DNA of 64,000 bases from the human T2T-CHM13v2.0 reference genome, Homo sapiens: NCBI RefSeq assembly GCF_009914755.1, contig NC_060929.1. One strand, 5' to 3'. Every line of letters begins with the position of its first letter. Position 1 is the stretch's first letter. The position numbers and the translations under genes are program-made. The notes under the pieces were generated by a model. It was given only the letters and a program-made list of their open reading frames with translations, had not been told where the DNA came from and made no database searches. Shown in pieces: positions 47,491 through 62,800 of the stretch.

Positions 47491-49742
47491 TATGTATAAA
47501 AAAGTAGATAGTAGAAAGTTAAAAATATGTACTATAAATTCTAAAGACATCATTAAAGTAACAAAACACAGATATGTAGCTAATAAGCTAGTAAAGAAAT
47601 AAAGAAGATAAAATGAAAAATAGGTTTTAATAGAATGGTAGCATCAGCCCTATATTTTTATACAGTTCAGTATCATACATCCAAGATATGGGTACATTTG
47701 GATCTTCCTGACTTATGTAATAATTGTACCGTTATGGTGTGTAGATCCTAGGTCCTAGCCAAACAGATTAAAACAAATCCCTTATCCAAGTCCTGTAAAC
47801 TGCAATGCTGGATGAAAGTGTGAAGTACATTTTTTGTTTTTTTTTTTGATCCTAGGCTGCGTACTTTATAATATCAACTTACTTTATAAAATTAGAGCAT
47901 CCCGAGGTGGAGAGGGGAGGAATTCCATGATTTCATGATTCAGTTTCCTGACTTCGAGTTGCTAGGCTGTAAATGAAGTCCTAGGTAGAAGACAACATAT
48001 AGAAGCTTTTAAAGTGGTGCTGTTTGGATTGAAGTGAGAATTAGGTAAGGTGTTCCTCCTTGTTCCCCATTTCTTCCTTTTATCCTGGTGGTCCTTGGGG
48101 CAATTCCAGGAAACCTAGGGCTCAGCGTAGGTGTTTTTTTTTAAAAAAACCCGACCCAGATGTTCTAAATAAAAGGTGAATTTCCCTCTCTTGAAAACTT
48201 GGCTTTTTGCATTTTTGTTCAGGTTCGTAGTAGTGTGTTCATTTTTATTTGTTTTGTTTTCCTTTGACTTATATTTAGTTCTCAGAACAAGTCTACATGA
48301 AGGCAATTATTAGAAAAATTAAACGGCAAAAACAAATTAATTTTGATTCTATCTTTTGGATCTTTTTGAGAATGTCACCTTAATTATCCACTTTACATTT
48401 TTTTTTATAACAACAAAAACAATTGGAGTTATTTCTATTGAAAACAGGGTGTGGAAGATGGTTTCTACAACTGACTTTAAATGCTTTGTACCTAGTAGTT
48501 TGGAATTATTTTCTATATTGTAAATAAAACCCAAGGTTGGTATATTATTTTTATTGGATCAATATAATGTGTTTTTTTTTTTTTTTTTTTTTTTTTCCTC
48601 CAAAGGGCTCAGAAACTGTGGTAAAATATCTGGTTAAAATGGTGCTTTCTATTCTGACATAAAGAATTAATGGTAAACAAAAAAATCTATTTTGGGTGTG
48701 TTCGCAAATAATCCCTCATACCAGCCCTATTCTGTAAAAACACAGCCGGAACACTTTCTTTTTATCATAGCTATATTTTTATATTTTTTACTGTCTGTAA
48801 TTTGCCTTGGTAATTCGCTTCTTTTTATGAGAAAACAAGTTTTCTTCCAAACAACCAGATACAATGTAGTCAAATAATTGCGGTCTTAACTTGCTACTGA
48901 AATCCTCCTGACTCCAGATAGAAATAATGTACAGGTATGCTATGGTATATATTTACATTCTGTGATGTTAGCAATAATCATAGCTATCCTTACTGAATGC
49001 TATGTCCTGTGTCAAGTGTTCCTCATTTAATTCCCACAAAACCCCACAATGGTAAACTGGGGCTCAGAGAAGTTTAACTTAACCAAGATCATACTCTTAG
49101 GGACTGCTTCAGAATTTCCGTATAGTAGAACCTAGTAGTATCCATCTGGCTTTAAGTTTAAGAAAAGTTCATAGGTTCATATTAAGAATGGGGGTAAGGA
49201 TAGACCAATGAAGCAGAATTCAAACCCCAATTGCCCTGACCCGAATTCTGGCATTCTTCACCATCATGCCATACCACAGAAATACCAGATGGCAATGCTA
49301 TCTTTTTCGAACTGCCAAAACAGAGCTATTCAAGGGAGCCGCCTCACAAGATAAAATGAGAAGCCCACATAAAGCCTCTAGTGGGGTGTGTGGATGGGAG
49401 AAGGTGCTTAACATGGCTGATTTTTTTTCTTCTTTTCCTCTTCAAATTTCAAGTTTTATGAACACAATTTTCTCATGATACAGCTTTTAAGAAATTGAAC
49501 CAGATTGGGCCGAAATCTGACAATCTGTCCTCAGTTACCCACACAGAACTTCTGGGATACAATCTCTTCTCCCAGTGACTCCTACACAGCATTATTTTTA
49601 AGAATTTGATTTCCTAGGTACCACGGATATGAAAAGGCACAGAATTTCATAGTACAAAAAAGATGTCCAAAGAATTCGAAACAGAATAGGAAGAATTTAT
49701 CATTTTCTTCCTCTGCTCCACCACATACCTAAGCAAAAATAA

Positions 49743-49744
<2 letters not shown>

Positions 49745-49792
<48 letters not shown>
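49745..49792. repeat. Perfect (TG)24 microsatellite
   Basis: Direct reading. Confidence 0.97.
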
Positions 49793-49794
<2 letters not shown>

Positions 49795-50648
49795 TTTAAA
49801 ACTAAGAAGTCATGTTAGAGTTTCTGGCTCTAGAATCAGTAGCAAGACTAATATGAGTGAAGTAGTCTTAAACAAGATTAATCTTAGTGCCCTAGCAGGC
49901 ATTTGCCTAGAGAAAGGGTACATTTAAGCATGAAACCTATGACTAACCTGAAACTCTGTTTAAATCATAAAATATTCAGACAATGAGCTTCTTTTTTAGT
50001 AGCTTGCCTAGTTTTGCATTTGGGGAGAGTTATTTGGGAACATAATTTTGTTGTAAGTATTTCATGTTAATAACAGCTTTCCATTACTTTAGAAGCCTAG
50101 CTATTATAGCAGCAAGCTTGCAACCAAAAAACTAGAAAGAAAAACTTATTCTTTATTTAAAAACCAATTGCCTTTCTCAACTCCTTTTTCTTCTGAATCT
50201 TGATGAAAATCCTAAAACCCTAGAGACAGGGAAGTATACACTTTTGCTTTTCCTTATCTCTTATGGTTTTTGTTTTTCTCCACTTAACTGTTTACCTTTC
50301 TCTGCAATGAACTATAGATGCCTCTGATTGAGTGCAAGTCACCCAGCAGATACTGTGGTAAGTGCTTTGCAGATGTTGTGATGTTTTCTCTTTAGAGCAC
50401 TAAGATTTCTCATTAGAATGATTAGGAGGTAGGGATTATTTCCCCTATTTTACAGATAAGAAGACTGAGACCTAGGAAGATTCTTACCAAAGATCATAGC
50501 TAGTAAATAATAAAATCAGGATTCAGACTCCAGTCAAGTCTGTCTGATACCAAAGACTATACATGCTTTTTAATTGCTAAGTTACACTGGGTTATCCATA
50601 GACTACAGAGTTTTCCTATCCATGAGGTAATATTTTTAAAAGATTTAG

Positions 50649-51068
<420 letters not shown>

Positions 51069-51159
51069 AAATCTATTTCTTTATGAATACATAATAGCCA
51101 ACATTTGAGGGTGGTGTATTTTTTCCAGGCTTTATGCTAAGGGTTTTATGCATTATTAA

Positions 51160-53700
51160 TTTATTTAACTATTTTTATTAAACAGCTACTATATGCCAAA
51201 CAGTGTTCTAGGCATTGAGGAGTCAGCACTGAATAAAACACACATAGCTGTCTGCCTTCAAGGAGCTTATATCCTAGGATGTGTATGTATACATGTGTCT
51301 GGAGAGATGGATAATAAACAGCATAAATAAACAAAATATAAATTATGTCACAAGGATATGTAGATAAACACTATGGAGAATGAAGCAGGCTGGGTTTAGG
51401 GATGTGTGTTGGAATTTTAGGTGGAAGACAGGCATGTCTTCACTGAGGCAGTGATATTTAAATAAAGGCTTGTAGAAGATGAACTTTCAAACTATGGGGA
51501 ATCTGACAGGCAGAGGGAAAAGCACATATCAAGGTCCTGAGGTTGGAGAGTGCTGGGTCTATTGGAGAAGAAGCTTAGAAGGGTAGTGTAGCTGGAACTG
51601 GTAAGGGAGGAAGAGGCTGGGAGAAAATGAGATTACAGAGATAAAAGGGAGCCAGATTCTGTAGGGATTTATAGGTCTTTGTAAGGACTTTGACTCTGAC
51701 TCTGCTGACATGGGCAGCCATTGTTGGGTTTTCAGCAGGTAAGTGACAAGATTTGGCCTATTTTTAAAAGCTGCCTGCCAAATGATGTCAGAAATTTGAC
51801 ATATATTTTAACAAGCTGCTGTTGTATTCAACCTTGGCTGCTATTTTGAGAACAGACTGATGAAACCAAGGGAAGAAGTGTGGCAATCAATTAGACAACT
51901 ATCGGAATAATCCAGTTGAGAGGAGTGGATGGCTCAGAGAAGGTCGATAGGAGTGGAAATGGTGAGAATGGTCAGTTTCTGAATATATTTTGAAGGTAGA
52001 GGCATCAGAATATGCTGATGGCATGGGTGTGTTGTATGAGCAAAAGAACAGTGTTGAGGATGACTTCAAGAATTTTAGCTTAAGCAATTTGGAAGAATGG
52101 AGTTACTGCTAATCAAGATAAAGAAACCTGAGGAAAGATTGCCTTTTTTAGAGGTAATATTAGGAATTCAAAATCTGGACATGTTAGCTTGGAGATGCTT
52201 GTTAGACATTCATGTGAATAATAGGAGTTAGACATATGGGTCTGTGATTGTAGGGCAGAGTTCAGGCTTAAGATATAAAGCTGGGAGTCATCACCATGTA
52301 GAATGTATTTAAATCTGAGACTGAATGACAATACTAAGGAAGTAATGCAGTAAGAAAAGAGAGTAGGTCCGAGAATGGAGGTCTAAGCACTCAAGTGTTA
52401 AGACCTGGGAGTTGAAGAGGAACCTACAAAGGAGACTCAGAAGGAGTGGCCAATGAAGTAGGAAGAGAACCAGGAAAGTGGGGTGTCCTGGAAGCCAGGT
52501 GAAAATAAAAATGCTTCAAGTGGGAGGGAATAATTAACTGAGTCACATACTGCTGAAAGAGTAAATTCTTTGCAAATTGAGAGTAATGGCTATTGGATAT
52601 ACCAATGTGGAGGTCATTGATAACTTTGACAGCAGCAGTTTCGATGAACTGCTGAGGGCAAAAGCCTCATTGGAATGTATTTCAGAGGAATCGTAGCAGA
52701 GGAACTAGGAAAAGTGAGTACAGACAGAACTTTCAAGAAGTTTTGCTAAAAAGTGAAATATAGAAATTAGGTGGTAGAACAGAAAGTGAGAGAAAAAGAG
52801 AATTTTTTTAGACATTAGAAAAAAACAGCATGCTTGTATTTTTATAAGAAGAATTCAGTGGTTAGAGAAAAAAGTCAACAATTCAGGAGATAAGTGGGAG
52901 GTAGCTGAAGTGATATCCTTGGATAAGTAAGAAGGAATGAGATTGAGTGCATAAAGAATTTGTTATGAGCCTTGTCAGTTCATCTATCATGACAGGATCT
53001 ATGAATATTGAATAGATATGTAGCCGATACAGTACATATAGTAATATGTACATATAGTACCTACGTATAGTAATATAGTACATGTAGTAATATGTGTACA
53101 TGCATACGTACATATATGAGGAAGGAAGTATTTGAAGTTTGAAGAGAGAAGACCATATAAAATAGTAGTCCAGGACTGTGGGAGAGTGAATAAACTAGGG
53201 AAATGTATTATTGACCAGTGGCACTGAAGGACTCACTTGAAACAAATGGCCATGAATGTGAAGTGAGATCATTCCACATGGTTGTTTATTTTTCTCCAGC
53301 TATGTCCAGTTGCATGGGGGCAGGTGGAAGTAAGCCCAGATTTTATCCTCACCAGCAGGCATGGGGTTTTGTAAAGTCAAGGCAGAAGAGCTCAAGGTGT
53401 ATGCAAGAGAATTGTTTAAATGATTGGCCATTGCATTTAAGTGGGTTAAGAAATTCAGTGAAGACATGAAGGAGAGGGGGGACAATGAAAAGATATAGGA
53501 CCAATGGATTGAAGATCTCTCTGGGGTTAAGGGTTTTTGGAATCTGGTACTAGAGGAAATGAGATGGAAATGTAGGAGAAGATAGTGTTGTTTGAAGTTG
53601 AGCTTATGGAGGGTCAATGAATGAATAATGACACACTCAGGGAATGGCCATAAAGGGAATGACTAAAGGAGGATGAGATTTTTGAATGTTAGGAGTTAGG
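51160..53700 (-). mobile_element. Long L2 remnant (~2.5 kb)
   Basis: Starts with the L2 3' end on the minus strand (cagctactatatgccaaacagtgttctaggcattgagg), followed by purine-rich L2 body text (tggacatgttagcttggagatgc, tcctggaagccagg). Boundaries approximate. Confidence 0.75.
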
Positions 53701-54055
53701 AGTACTCAAAGATCACCTATGTGGCTATCGAAAGGGCCACAAATTATATTATTTCATCTTAATAATGACTCTTTTGTCCACATTTTAGAGAGAAAAGCTG
53801 AGGCTAAGAGTTGGGAAACAAGTCCAAGGTCCCCAAGCTAGGAGAGGGTAGACTGGGATTTGAATCTGGTTTGTAAGATTCATCATCTCTCTTACCCACT
53901 GTGCATAATGGCTCATGTATGGTATGTTCTGCTGCCTCTGTGCCATGGCCAATGAAAAGGAGTTGGGAGATTTTCAAATGTTTTGTGTCATTCGCTAACC
54001 AAATCTGTCATTCATTAACAAAGACTTATTAAGCACCTATTAAACAGGAGTGCAA

Positions 54056-54358
54056 GGCTGGGTGCAGTGGCTCACATCTGTAATCCCAGCACTTTGGGAG
54101 GCCGAGGCGGGCTAATCACTTGAGGCCAGTAGTTTGAAACCAGCGTGGCCAACATGGTGAAACCATATCTCTACTAAAAATACAAAAATCAGCTGGACAT
54201 GGTAGCTTGTGCCTGTGGTCCTAGCTACATGGGAGGCTGAGGGACAAGAATCATTTGAACCCTGGAGGTGGAGACTGCAGTGAGCCAAGATCACGCCACT
54301 GTACTTCAGCCTGGGTGACAGAGCAAGACTCTGCTTCAAAAAACAAAACAAAACAAAA
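54056..54358 (+). mobile_element. Alu (J/S) with (CAAAA)n tail
   Basis: Diverged full-length Alu. Confidence 0.9.
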
Positions 54359-55753
54359 TCAGCAGTGCATTGCACTGTTTAATGTTCCAGGGCTACAAGG
54401 ATGAAATGTATTGTATGGAATTGCAGTTGAGAATTCAATCTCAGCTGCATTTTCGTCTTTGCCAGTATAAAAGTGTTTGAGTAATTATTTGAATGCTTTA
54501 TTGTATCTTGCCCTTATTATCTTATAAAAATGGGTAGGTAATAGAAAATGAAAGTGCTGATATTGGTGATAAGAACCATATATCTCAAACTTAATGTAAT
54601 TCAGACAAAGATGGAAATCTTTAGGCATGCTGAAAGGTGTGAATCCTCAGCCTTAAGTGGATATCATTGGATTTATGCCAGTTGAGTGAGTTTTCAATTA
54701 GGAAAGAACAAATGCATGGTTAAAAATGTATAAAATGTGGGAACTATATTTCAAAGATACTGTCTAAAAAGGCAGGTGTAAATAGGAAAAGTTTTTTTTT
54801 TTCTTTTCTTAATTGGGAATGCCAATTATATAAGGTGTAAATCTATGGTTTGCCTTATGCAGCAAGACCATATTTATACATGACTTCAGGGATGTATAAT
54901 GTATGAATATATGGAACACTTTTATAATATGGAAGTGATACAAGTATTAGGAAAAAGTAGAAGAGAAAGTACTTAATTCTGAATGGAATGATCAGGGATA
55001 TTGTCCCAGAGATGGCAATTCTTAAGTAATGTCGTATAGAATAAGAAGTTTGTCAGGCAGACAACACAAGGAACAGCATTCTAGGCAGCAGGATGAGCAG
55101 ATGCTGAGGCCTGGAAGTCAGGCAGAGCATAGCCTGTTCTCTGAGCCTCATAGTGAGAGCACAAGGGCAGAGAGCAAACAATGACTTGGCATGGAGAGCT
55201 AAGCAGAGAGCAGATGGTGAAGGGCCTTATGTGACGTGCTGAACTACTGGACTTTATCCTGGATGGTGGAGAGACTTGTAGACACCTAGTAACCACAGAA
55301 CATTCTCCTTAGTTTCTTCCTTCTATTTTCATTGCTAATTCGATGTTAGTTAAATTCATGTCGCTGTTGTTTGATGTTAACATTTTGTGATATCTAATTG
55401 TAAGATTTGGGGTATTCTTTTCTGGGCCCATTTTCATCAGTTTCTTCCTTTCAGCTATATGCCTTATGGAGTCTTTCTCTTCATCCATGTATTTGATTAA
55501 AAATATAGTGAGCACATACTCTCTATCAAGTATGCTCTAAGCACTTGGGATTCAGGGTGAAAAAAATTTATGTTCTCATGAAGCTCACATTCTAGTGGAG
55601 CATATAGATTGATAGGCACATTAGTAGAAAAAATATTATGTTAAGTAGCTATTTTATAGTAATATTGTTATTCCCTGTCTATGTCTCAACTTTCCAACTA
55701 AGCTTTAATCTAGTGATAGTCTGTGATACTACATACCATATGTAGAATGTATC

Positions 55754-56117
55754 TGATATGGTTTGGCTGTGTTGGGCACTCAAACCTCACCTTGAATTGT
55801 AATAATCCCCATGTATCAGGGGCGGGACCAGTTGGAGATAATTGAATTATGGGGGTGGTTCCCCCATACTGTTCTCATGATAGTGAATTTTCACGAGATC
55901 TGATGGTTTTATAAGGGGCTTTTTCCCCTTTTGCTCGGCACTGCTCCTTGCTGCCACCATGTGAAGAAGGATGTGTTTGGTTTCCCCTTCCTCCATGATT
56001 GTAAGTTTTCTGAAGCCCCCAGCCATGCTGAACTGTGAGTCAATTAAACCTTTTTCCTTCATAAATTACCCAGTCTCAGATATATCTTTATTAGCAGCGT
56101 GAGAACAGACTAATACA
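55754..56117 (+). mobile_element. THE1 (B/C-like) solo LTR, ERVL-MaLR
   Basis: TGATATGGTTTGGCTGTG...GAGAACAGACTAATACA, 364 bp; near-TSD gtatc/ctatc; ATTAAA at 56043-56048. Confidence 0.93.
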
Positions 56118-56864
56118 CTATCATATTTCATATATCTATACTGTGTCATTGGAAGAGCCAAAACAGTATTTATTTAAAGTAGTGTCCAGGATTACTGCCT
56201 GTAAGATTTGCCTTAGGCTGAACTGTGAATCGATAAGGCCCCTTCCCATTCTATAATATACCTTTGCCCCCTTTTGATGTTAAGAGTGTTCCAGAAATGG
56301 AAGCACCACACAACGAAAGGACAAGAGTTTCCAATCATACTATTAACCCTTCATTAAGAACAAAGAACTATTCTCAAGTTGTGAGTGTTCCTGCTACTTG
56401 ATGGTTTGCCAAAGGATAGACTATTTTTCCCTTGTAAATCATAAATATGATCCATAAGATCACAATATTTTATTTGTTTTTGAAATTCCAGATATTCTCC
56501 TAATGATGCTCAAATAACAAAGTTGCTAATTACGACAACAGTAATAGTTAATATTTTTTGAGCACTTACTTGCTAAGTATATTAGACACATTATTTGAAC
56601 GTGTGAAGAAATGGACTCAGAGTGGCTAAGCAACTCGCTCAAGGTCACACAGCTGGTGAAAAGCAGATCTTGGAATTTAAACCTGAGCTGTGTGTTTCCA
56701 GAGCCTTGGCTCTCAGCCTCTATGTAATACGTGACCATGCTGCCAGAAGGCCAAGCTATCAAATCGTCTTTTTCTTTCTGGCAAATAAACATCTTTCAAT
56801 GAACTGTGAAGTTGATTACTTTCTAAGGTAGATTCTTTCCCTAAGGTAGATTCTGCAGTTTTTA

Positions 56865-57155
56865 GAGCAGTACTGTTCAATAGAAACATAAAATGAACCA
56901 TGTATTTAATTTTGTTTTATAATAACCACATGAAAAAAGTAAAAGGAAACAGTAAAATTAACTTGAATAAAACATTTTAACCCACCGTGTCAAAAATATT
57001 CAACATACTTCCAAATATTTTCATTGCTTCAATTTTTAAATTAAAGTCATTAAAACTAAATAAAATGAAAAAATGGAGTTCTTGAGTCACACCTACCATA
57101 TTTCAAGTGCTCAACAGCACATGTGGCTAATGGCTACTACCCTGAAAACTGTGGT
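56865..57155. mobile_element. MER33/MER3-like hAT-Charlie DNA transposon
   Basis: cagtactgttcaatagaaacata...atttcaagtgctcaacagcacatgtggctaatggctac. Confidence 0.72.
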
Positions 57156-59609
57156 TTCCTAGGGTTGCATTTTAACGAGTCTCATGTTGCTCGTGGACAT
57201 CCTCTATTGATTCATCAGTAGACCTGGGAATTGAGGTTATTCCTCAAAGCAATATTGGAAAACATGGAATTTTTTTTTCAGGCAGATCGAGTCATGGTAG
57301 AACTGTGTCTTTTAGATTTTGATAATTGCTTTACAGTTACCTGACATATTTTCAGCTTGAGTGGGCCTACAAGCTCATAAAGAAAGCCACATCAACTGTT
57401 AAATAAAAAAAGGGTCTTCCATCATAAGTTAACTTTTTCTGGTTGTTGTTATGGTAGGCACCAGCTGAGATGAAGGCTGTGATCCTTGTCATTTCCTTTA
57501 ATACCAGGAGAAATTCTGATTCTATCATTTTTAATTCATTGGCTTATTACTCTGAAATCTATACTGTGAGGGCTTGATACCATCAAGGTCAACTCTGTTT
57601 CCATCTGATTTTTGTAAACAGTAAGGAATCTTAACTGCCGGAGCTTTCTTCCTATGCCTGGAAAAAAGAAAAAGAGGAAAGAAATGTCTGAGAGTTGCAT
57701 GGCAGCCCTTCTCACAGTTCTTTTATTCCCCCCACATCCAAACCCTTTTTGCTTGTATTTTCTCTTAAAAGGCAAAGAGTTTAGTGATAATGACTTTAAG
57801 TTCTGTCCATCATAGCCCTGTCCCCAAAAGACTGTGCTATTACATTATTTGCACTTTAAATGGAATCCATTGTTAGAGTTTGGTTTTTCTTGTTTTACAC
57901 CCTTTAGATCATCCGTAAACAGGACAGATATTGAATATAAAAGAATGCAGCTTACCTAGCAAGATAAGGCAGAGTTGCCCAGGTGTTTGAATTGTGCCAA
58001 CTGGTTTTATCTGGTTGCAATAAATCTGCTTCTGCCCTGGCAGTCAATCCTAAGGAAGGAGAGGGAGAAGAGGGAGGGATCAAAAAATGCTAATTAGTAC
58101 TGGGCTATTTAATTTCTGCAGTATCTGCTTTGCATCTAGGAAACCATACTATTTACTAGACAAAAGTCTCCCAGGATTAACACACAATTGTAATATTTTC
58201 TGCTTAGAAAAAAGAATGAACCGCAGGAAGAGATGATCCATTGTGAAGAATATAATCTTCAATTACTGTACTTTGGTTTTGTACTGAAGCGTTTGCATTC
58301 CTAATCATCTGATGTCAAACAGGTGCTGTATTAGCAGCCAAGTTTTAGTAATGGGGAGGAAATGAGTTATTTTTGTTTTTGATGTTGCCTTTGGATGTTC
58401 CAAATTCAAAAGTCAAGACAAATTGTTCAAACCTCCCTATTTGGAAGAGACACAGGCCATCTCTCTCCAAGCGTGGTGCTCCCCAGCCTCACTTCATAAG
58501 AGAAAGTTCAGATTTTAATGTTCTTGTAAGAATTGAAATATATAATCGCTTCACACATTTTAAAAAATTCATTATGGCTTGGTCAAATCACATCATGTCT
58601 GTCACCTATACCCTTCCTATTCCAGGGATTACAAGTTATTTAGGTGATATCAGAGGTGTTGAATCAGTAAAGTAATTTGTAAGCAATTTCACTCAAATGC
58701 TGAACAAGTGAACACAGTGGCTGTTTGGTGACAAGCCCTGGACTTGAAATTTGAAGGCTTGAGTTTCATACCCCAGTTTTGCTACTTGTCAGCTTTATGA
58801 GGCCGGATAAATCACGGGACAAACTGAGTCTCAGATTTTCTTGCAAAAAATGGGAATAAATTTTCCCACCCCATCTGGTGGTTGTAAGCCTTAAATAAAA
58901 TGGCATCTATGGGAAAACACTTGGTAAACTATAAAGCATTGTATGAAAGAGTTGTATATATTATGTGTACATGTATTATGTTATAGGTTATACATATATA
59001 TGCATATATGTATATATGTGTGTGTGTATCACAGTCCTGCCCCCTTCCACAGACAAAAGTTACTGTGATCAAAAATGAGTTGCTGAGATGGGCCAAAAAC
59101 CAATCTCTCCCTAAAGAGATCTCAGCCTTTCCCACGATTTCCTGATGAAAACAGAAATGCATCATTAACTCTGTCTCTTCTAGATGAAAGCTAAAAGCCA
59201 TCCAATAAGCAATAAATAAATAATTTCCCAGGAAATACACACACTAGCTTCACTAAGCTGAGCTCAGTTTCTACCCAATGAAAATACACAAACACACGCA
59301 GTTGATGGAATAAAATGTTCTCAGCTTATGCTTTTAGGGAGAATCATTTTGCATGGGTGATAATCTTGTTTTTATGCACAAAGTGTGGTGTACTTATTCA
59401 GTGATTTCAGCCTTTAACAATCCAATCCTTTAGAGATTGATACTCATTAAAATCTAATGCCTTTCCTTTTCATGGAGGTTCTATGTGCCTCTCCCAAGGG
59501 GTGTGGCTTCCTTATCCATAGCTAAGAGAGGCAAAAGCACTCTATCTCCTGCTTAACCAGGGAGTTTGAATGAGTTTGCTGAGCTCTTGTCTCCATGGTT
59601 TGCATTTAC

Positions 59610-59860
59610 TCAGATCAGGGGCTGGAGTCAGTTTGACTGAGATCAAATCTTCATTCTACCATGCATTTCTTGCTTGACCTTGTGCACACAAGTTACTTAA
59701 ACTCTTGGTGCCTGTTTCCTTATCTACAAAATGAGGATTTGACAGCAGCTACCTTATGGAGTTGCTGAGAAGGTTAAATGAAATAATGAATGTGAAGTGC
59801 TCAGCAAAGTTCCTGGCTCATAGTAAGCCCTCAGTAAATATTACCTTTTATTATTATTAC
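59610..59860 (+). mobile_element. MIR
   Basis: aagttacttaaactc...tgtttccttatctacaaaatgagg...gtgaagtgctcagcaaagttcctggctcatagtaag. Confidence 0.8.
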
Positions 59861-62800
59861 TAGTATAGAAATGAGAGATGAGAGACTTCAAAAAGCTTTT
59901 TAGATAGAAAATTATATTATAATGTTCTCTATATCTTGTCAAACTTCAGACACTATTGAAAATTCATGCCCATGGAAATAAGGCTTATGCCCTTTGAAAG
60001 CATTTTAATAACTGATTCTTGCTTTAAAGGGCACAAAACCCACCAAAATAATTTACACAACTTGAGAATATGAATGTTCTCATTTCTTCTCTATTCTCTC
60101 AAATCTTATCCCAATGCATGCTTTAGGGGTATTGGTCCAATACCTACTGACTATGATAGTGTTTATACGTAAGGGTCATTGTCAGTGTATGAAGTCTAGA
60201 ACTAGAGAAATGACATAGATCTTGGCAATGATTCTTTTATAGCATTGACATCATTAGACAACAAAGCATCTACCAAGGTTTTCCTGCATGCTAGGAACTG
60301 TTAGATGCTGAAGATAGATAAAAAAATTGTCTCTGTTCATGAGGTGGTGATAGTCTAGTGGAGACAAAAACATATACCAGTAATTATCAGATAATAAGTG
60401 CTATATCTGAGAGCAAAATTAAAATGCAGAGGGAGAAGTAAATTCTAACTACTGGATAACATTAGGAAAAGCTCTGAAGAAGAAGCAACATTTGAGCTGG
60501 GCCTTTAAGGATGAGCAGCAGTTGGCCTGATAAGTTGGGGTCTGGAACAAAGGGAGGGCTGCCCAGGCAGAAGGAACAGCATATGCAGGGGCATGGAACA
60601 TTGAAGGGATGATTCCATAGAAATTTATGGAACTGGTGGGTAATCTGTTATGTCTAGAACAAAGTTTAGTAGGGACTCTGTTATTAATTATACCTACTAA
60701 AAATATGGTTATAGCTCTCTTATAGTAATATGGAGATAATATAAGATATACACAACTCATATTTTGTGACACAGACTAAAGATTACGAAAGGTGCCATCT
60801 TAGATAAACTTGCTGTTAGGATAGTAAGGTAGGCAGGGTAATTTAGGAAAGGCATCAGAATGAGTGGCTTGAACAGCACATGACCTTATTTGGCAAGGAA
60901 AGGAAGATCTATGCAAATGCATTTAGCCCTGGAGCTCTGGGGAGGTATCATGGGATAAACATTGGTCTGAGAGAAAGGAGATTTTTCTGTTACTCACTGG
61001 ATGGTGGTTTGGGAAACTTAAACTTGTGGGCCTTAGTTTCGTTATTTGTAAAGTGAGGGCTTTGGGCTGGGTGATCTTGAGTATCAGAATTTAAGGATTT
61101 ATCATATTGGCAATGGCTATCTTAGCACTGGACTATATTTGAATGGCCTGCCTGCTTCCCAATTGAAAAATGCCCCATGACTAATGTACACTGGTAGGTC
61201 AAGTGGTTGGACAGGTACCAGTGATTAGTTCTAGATGGTTGGAAATACTACAATATCTCTGCTTTGATTCTCTACCTCCATTGTTCTTCTTGTAAGTTCT
61301 AGGTTCTTGGGCATTCTGGGTCCCTACCCAGAATGTTTCTCCTACTCTGAAATTCTGGTTGCTTGTGGCTTTGCCAGTTACATGCCTCTATTTGCTCTTA
61401 ACCTATGGTGAATATGAAGCACTAAAATAATTTCCAGCGAAGTTGGTTTGGCTCTAGTTTCTCATCCCATTAAAGAACAGTCACTATTTAGATCATGAGC
61501 CATGAGGCTGCTGTCCTTGCTATCATAATTATAATTTGGCATATTGGTACATATTAAAGTTGAGCAGATGGTGCCAGGATTTAAACCTATGTTTATCAGA
61601 TGCAGATGACCCAAACAGTGGCTTATCTGTTGGTAATTTTTATTTAGATCAAGTTAAACATAAATGACTTTGCATTACTCTTTGGTCACTTTTTCCTAGT
61701 CATTTCAAATAGTCTGTCTTATTTCTCATGGTTTTTTGGACAAAATTTTGTATTTTAATTAGTACAGCATTTCCTTCTTTATTGACACAGATTATTTTCC
61801 CTAAATCTATTACATTTGCTTTCCAGTTTTTCTGGAACAGGGAAAAACAAAAAACAAAAACACCAACCACCAACAACAGTCCACGTCGTTGATTAGTCTT
61901 GAAGAAAATGGCTTATGCTTGCCCAGAGTTCCTGATCATGTTCTCCTCCTACCCTCCACCTCCATGTAAGTTATAAGTCCCACAGCAGAACTTAGCACAA
62001 GGGATCTGTAAGACCCACACTAAGTTCAGAGATGAGAAAACAAAACAGAGTACTGGAGAAGCTGAGTGATTTATCTGAGGTCATATTGAAGTGTGTGGAA
62101 GAGTCAAAGCCAGAACTGCATCTTCGAATTGCAGTTTGGTCCTCTTCTCAGACACTGCACAACCTCCTGGAACCACTCTGGTTGCTTAGCATCAGACACT
62201 ATTACTAGTGACTGGCATTTTTCCCACATGGGGAAATTGATGCCATCACTGTGGAGAACAAACCCTCTGCCAACTTTATGAAAAACCACAAGTTCTGCAA
62301 ATGTTTCTCATTCTGATTCTGAAGGTGGGGCTTGTGCAGCCAGATGGCTATGGCTCGAGAGAAGGAGATATTTTTGCAGTGAAGGAGGTAAGAGCAAATA
62401 TCAACATGTTGACTTTGGGTGTAGGAGAACAGGAGAAATAGGCCATAGAACCTTATAGCTAAAAAAGATTCAAGAAAGAAAATATTTCAGATAGGTTTCT
62501 GTTGTCCTCTTGAAGATTTCAGGGACTTCTTTCTCAATGTCCCTTAAAATTCTAGTCTGTGTTTTATTACCTGGAAACCTGGAGAATCGATGAGCTCATT
62601 TGCCTTTCATTTAGGAGTATTAGATCCCTTTAGTTTGGTAACTTTACGTCAAAGCCTGTCACTTTTATACTTTTCCTTGGTGGAAGTGAGAGTTGCCTAG
62701 GAAGTGTAGCAGAGTCAGGATTGAAACTTCTACAGATAAACTGCCTTCTCTGGAGACTGTGATGGTAACCGGGCTTTATCTTATCATATGCCTCCATGAT

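Noticed and set aside
53025-53120. Degenerate GTACATATAGTAATAT-like tandem repeat
   Set aside because: It is a low-complexity AT-rich expansion inside an L2, with no spacer structure and nothing CRISPR-like.
56823-56854. Direct repeat CTAAGGTAGATTCT x2
   Set aside because: It is a simple local tandem duplication with no sign of function.
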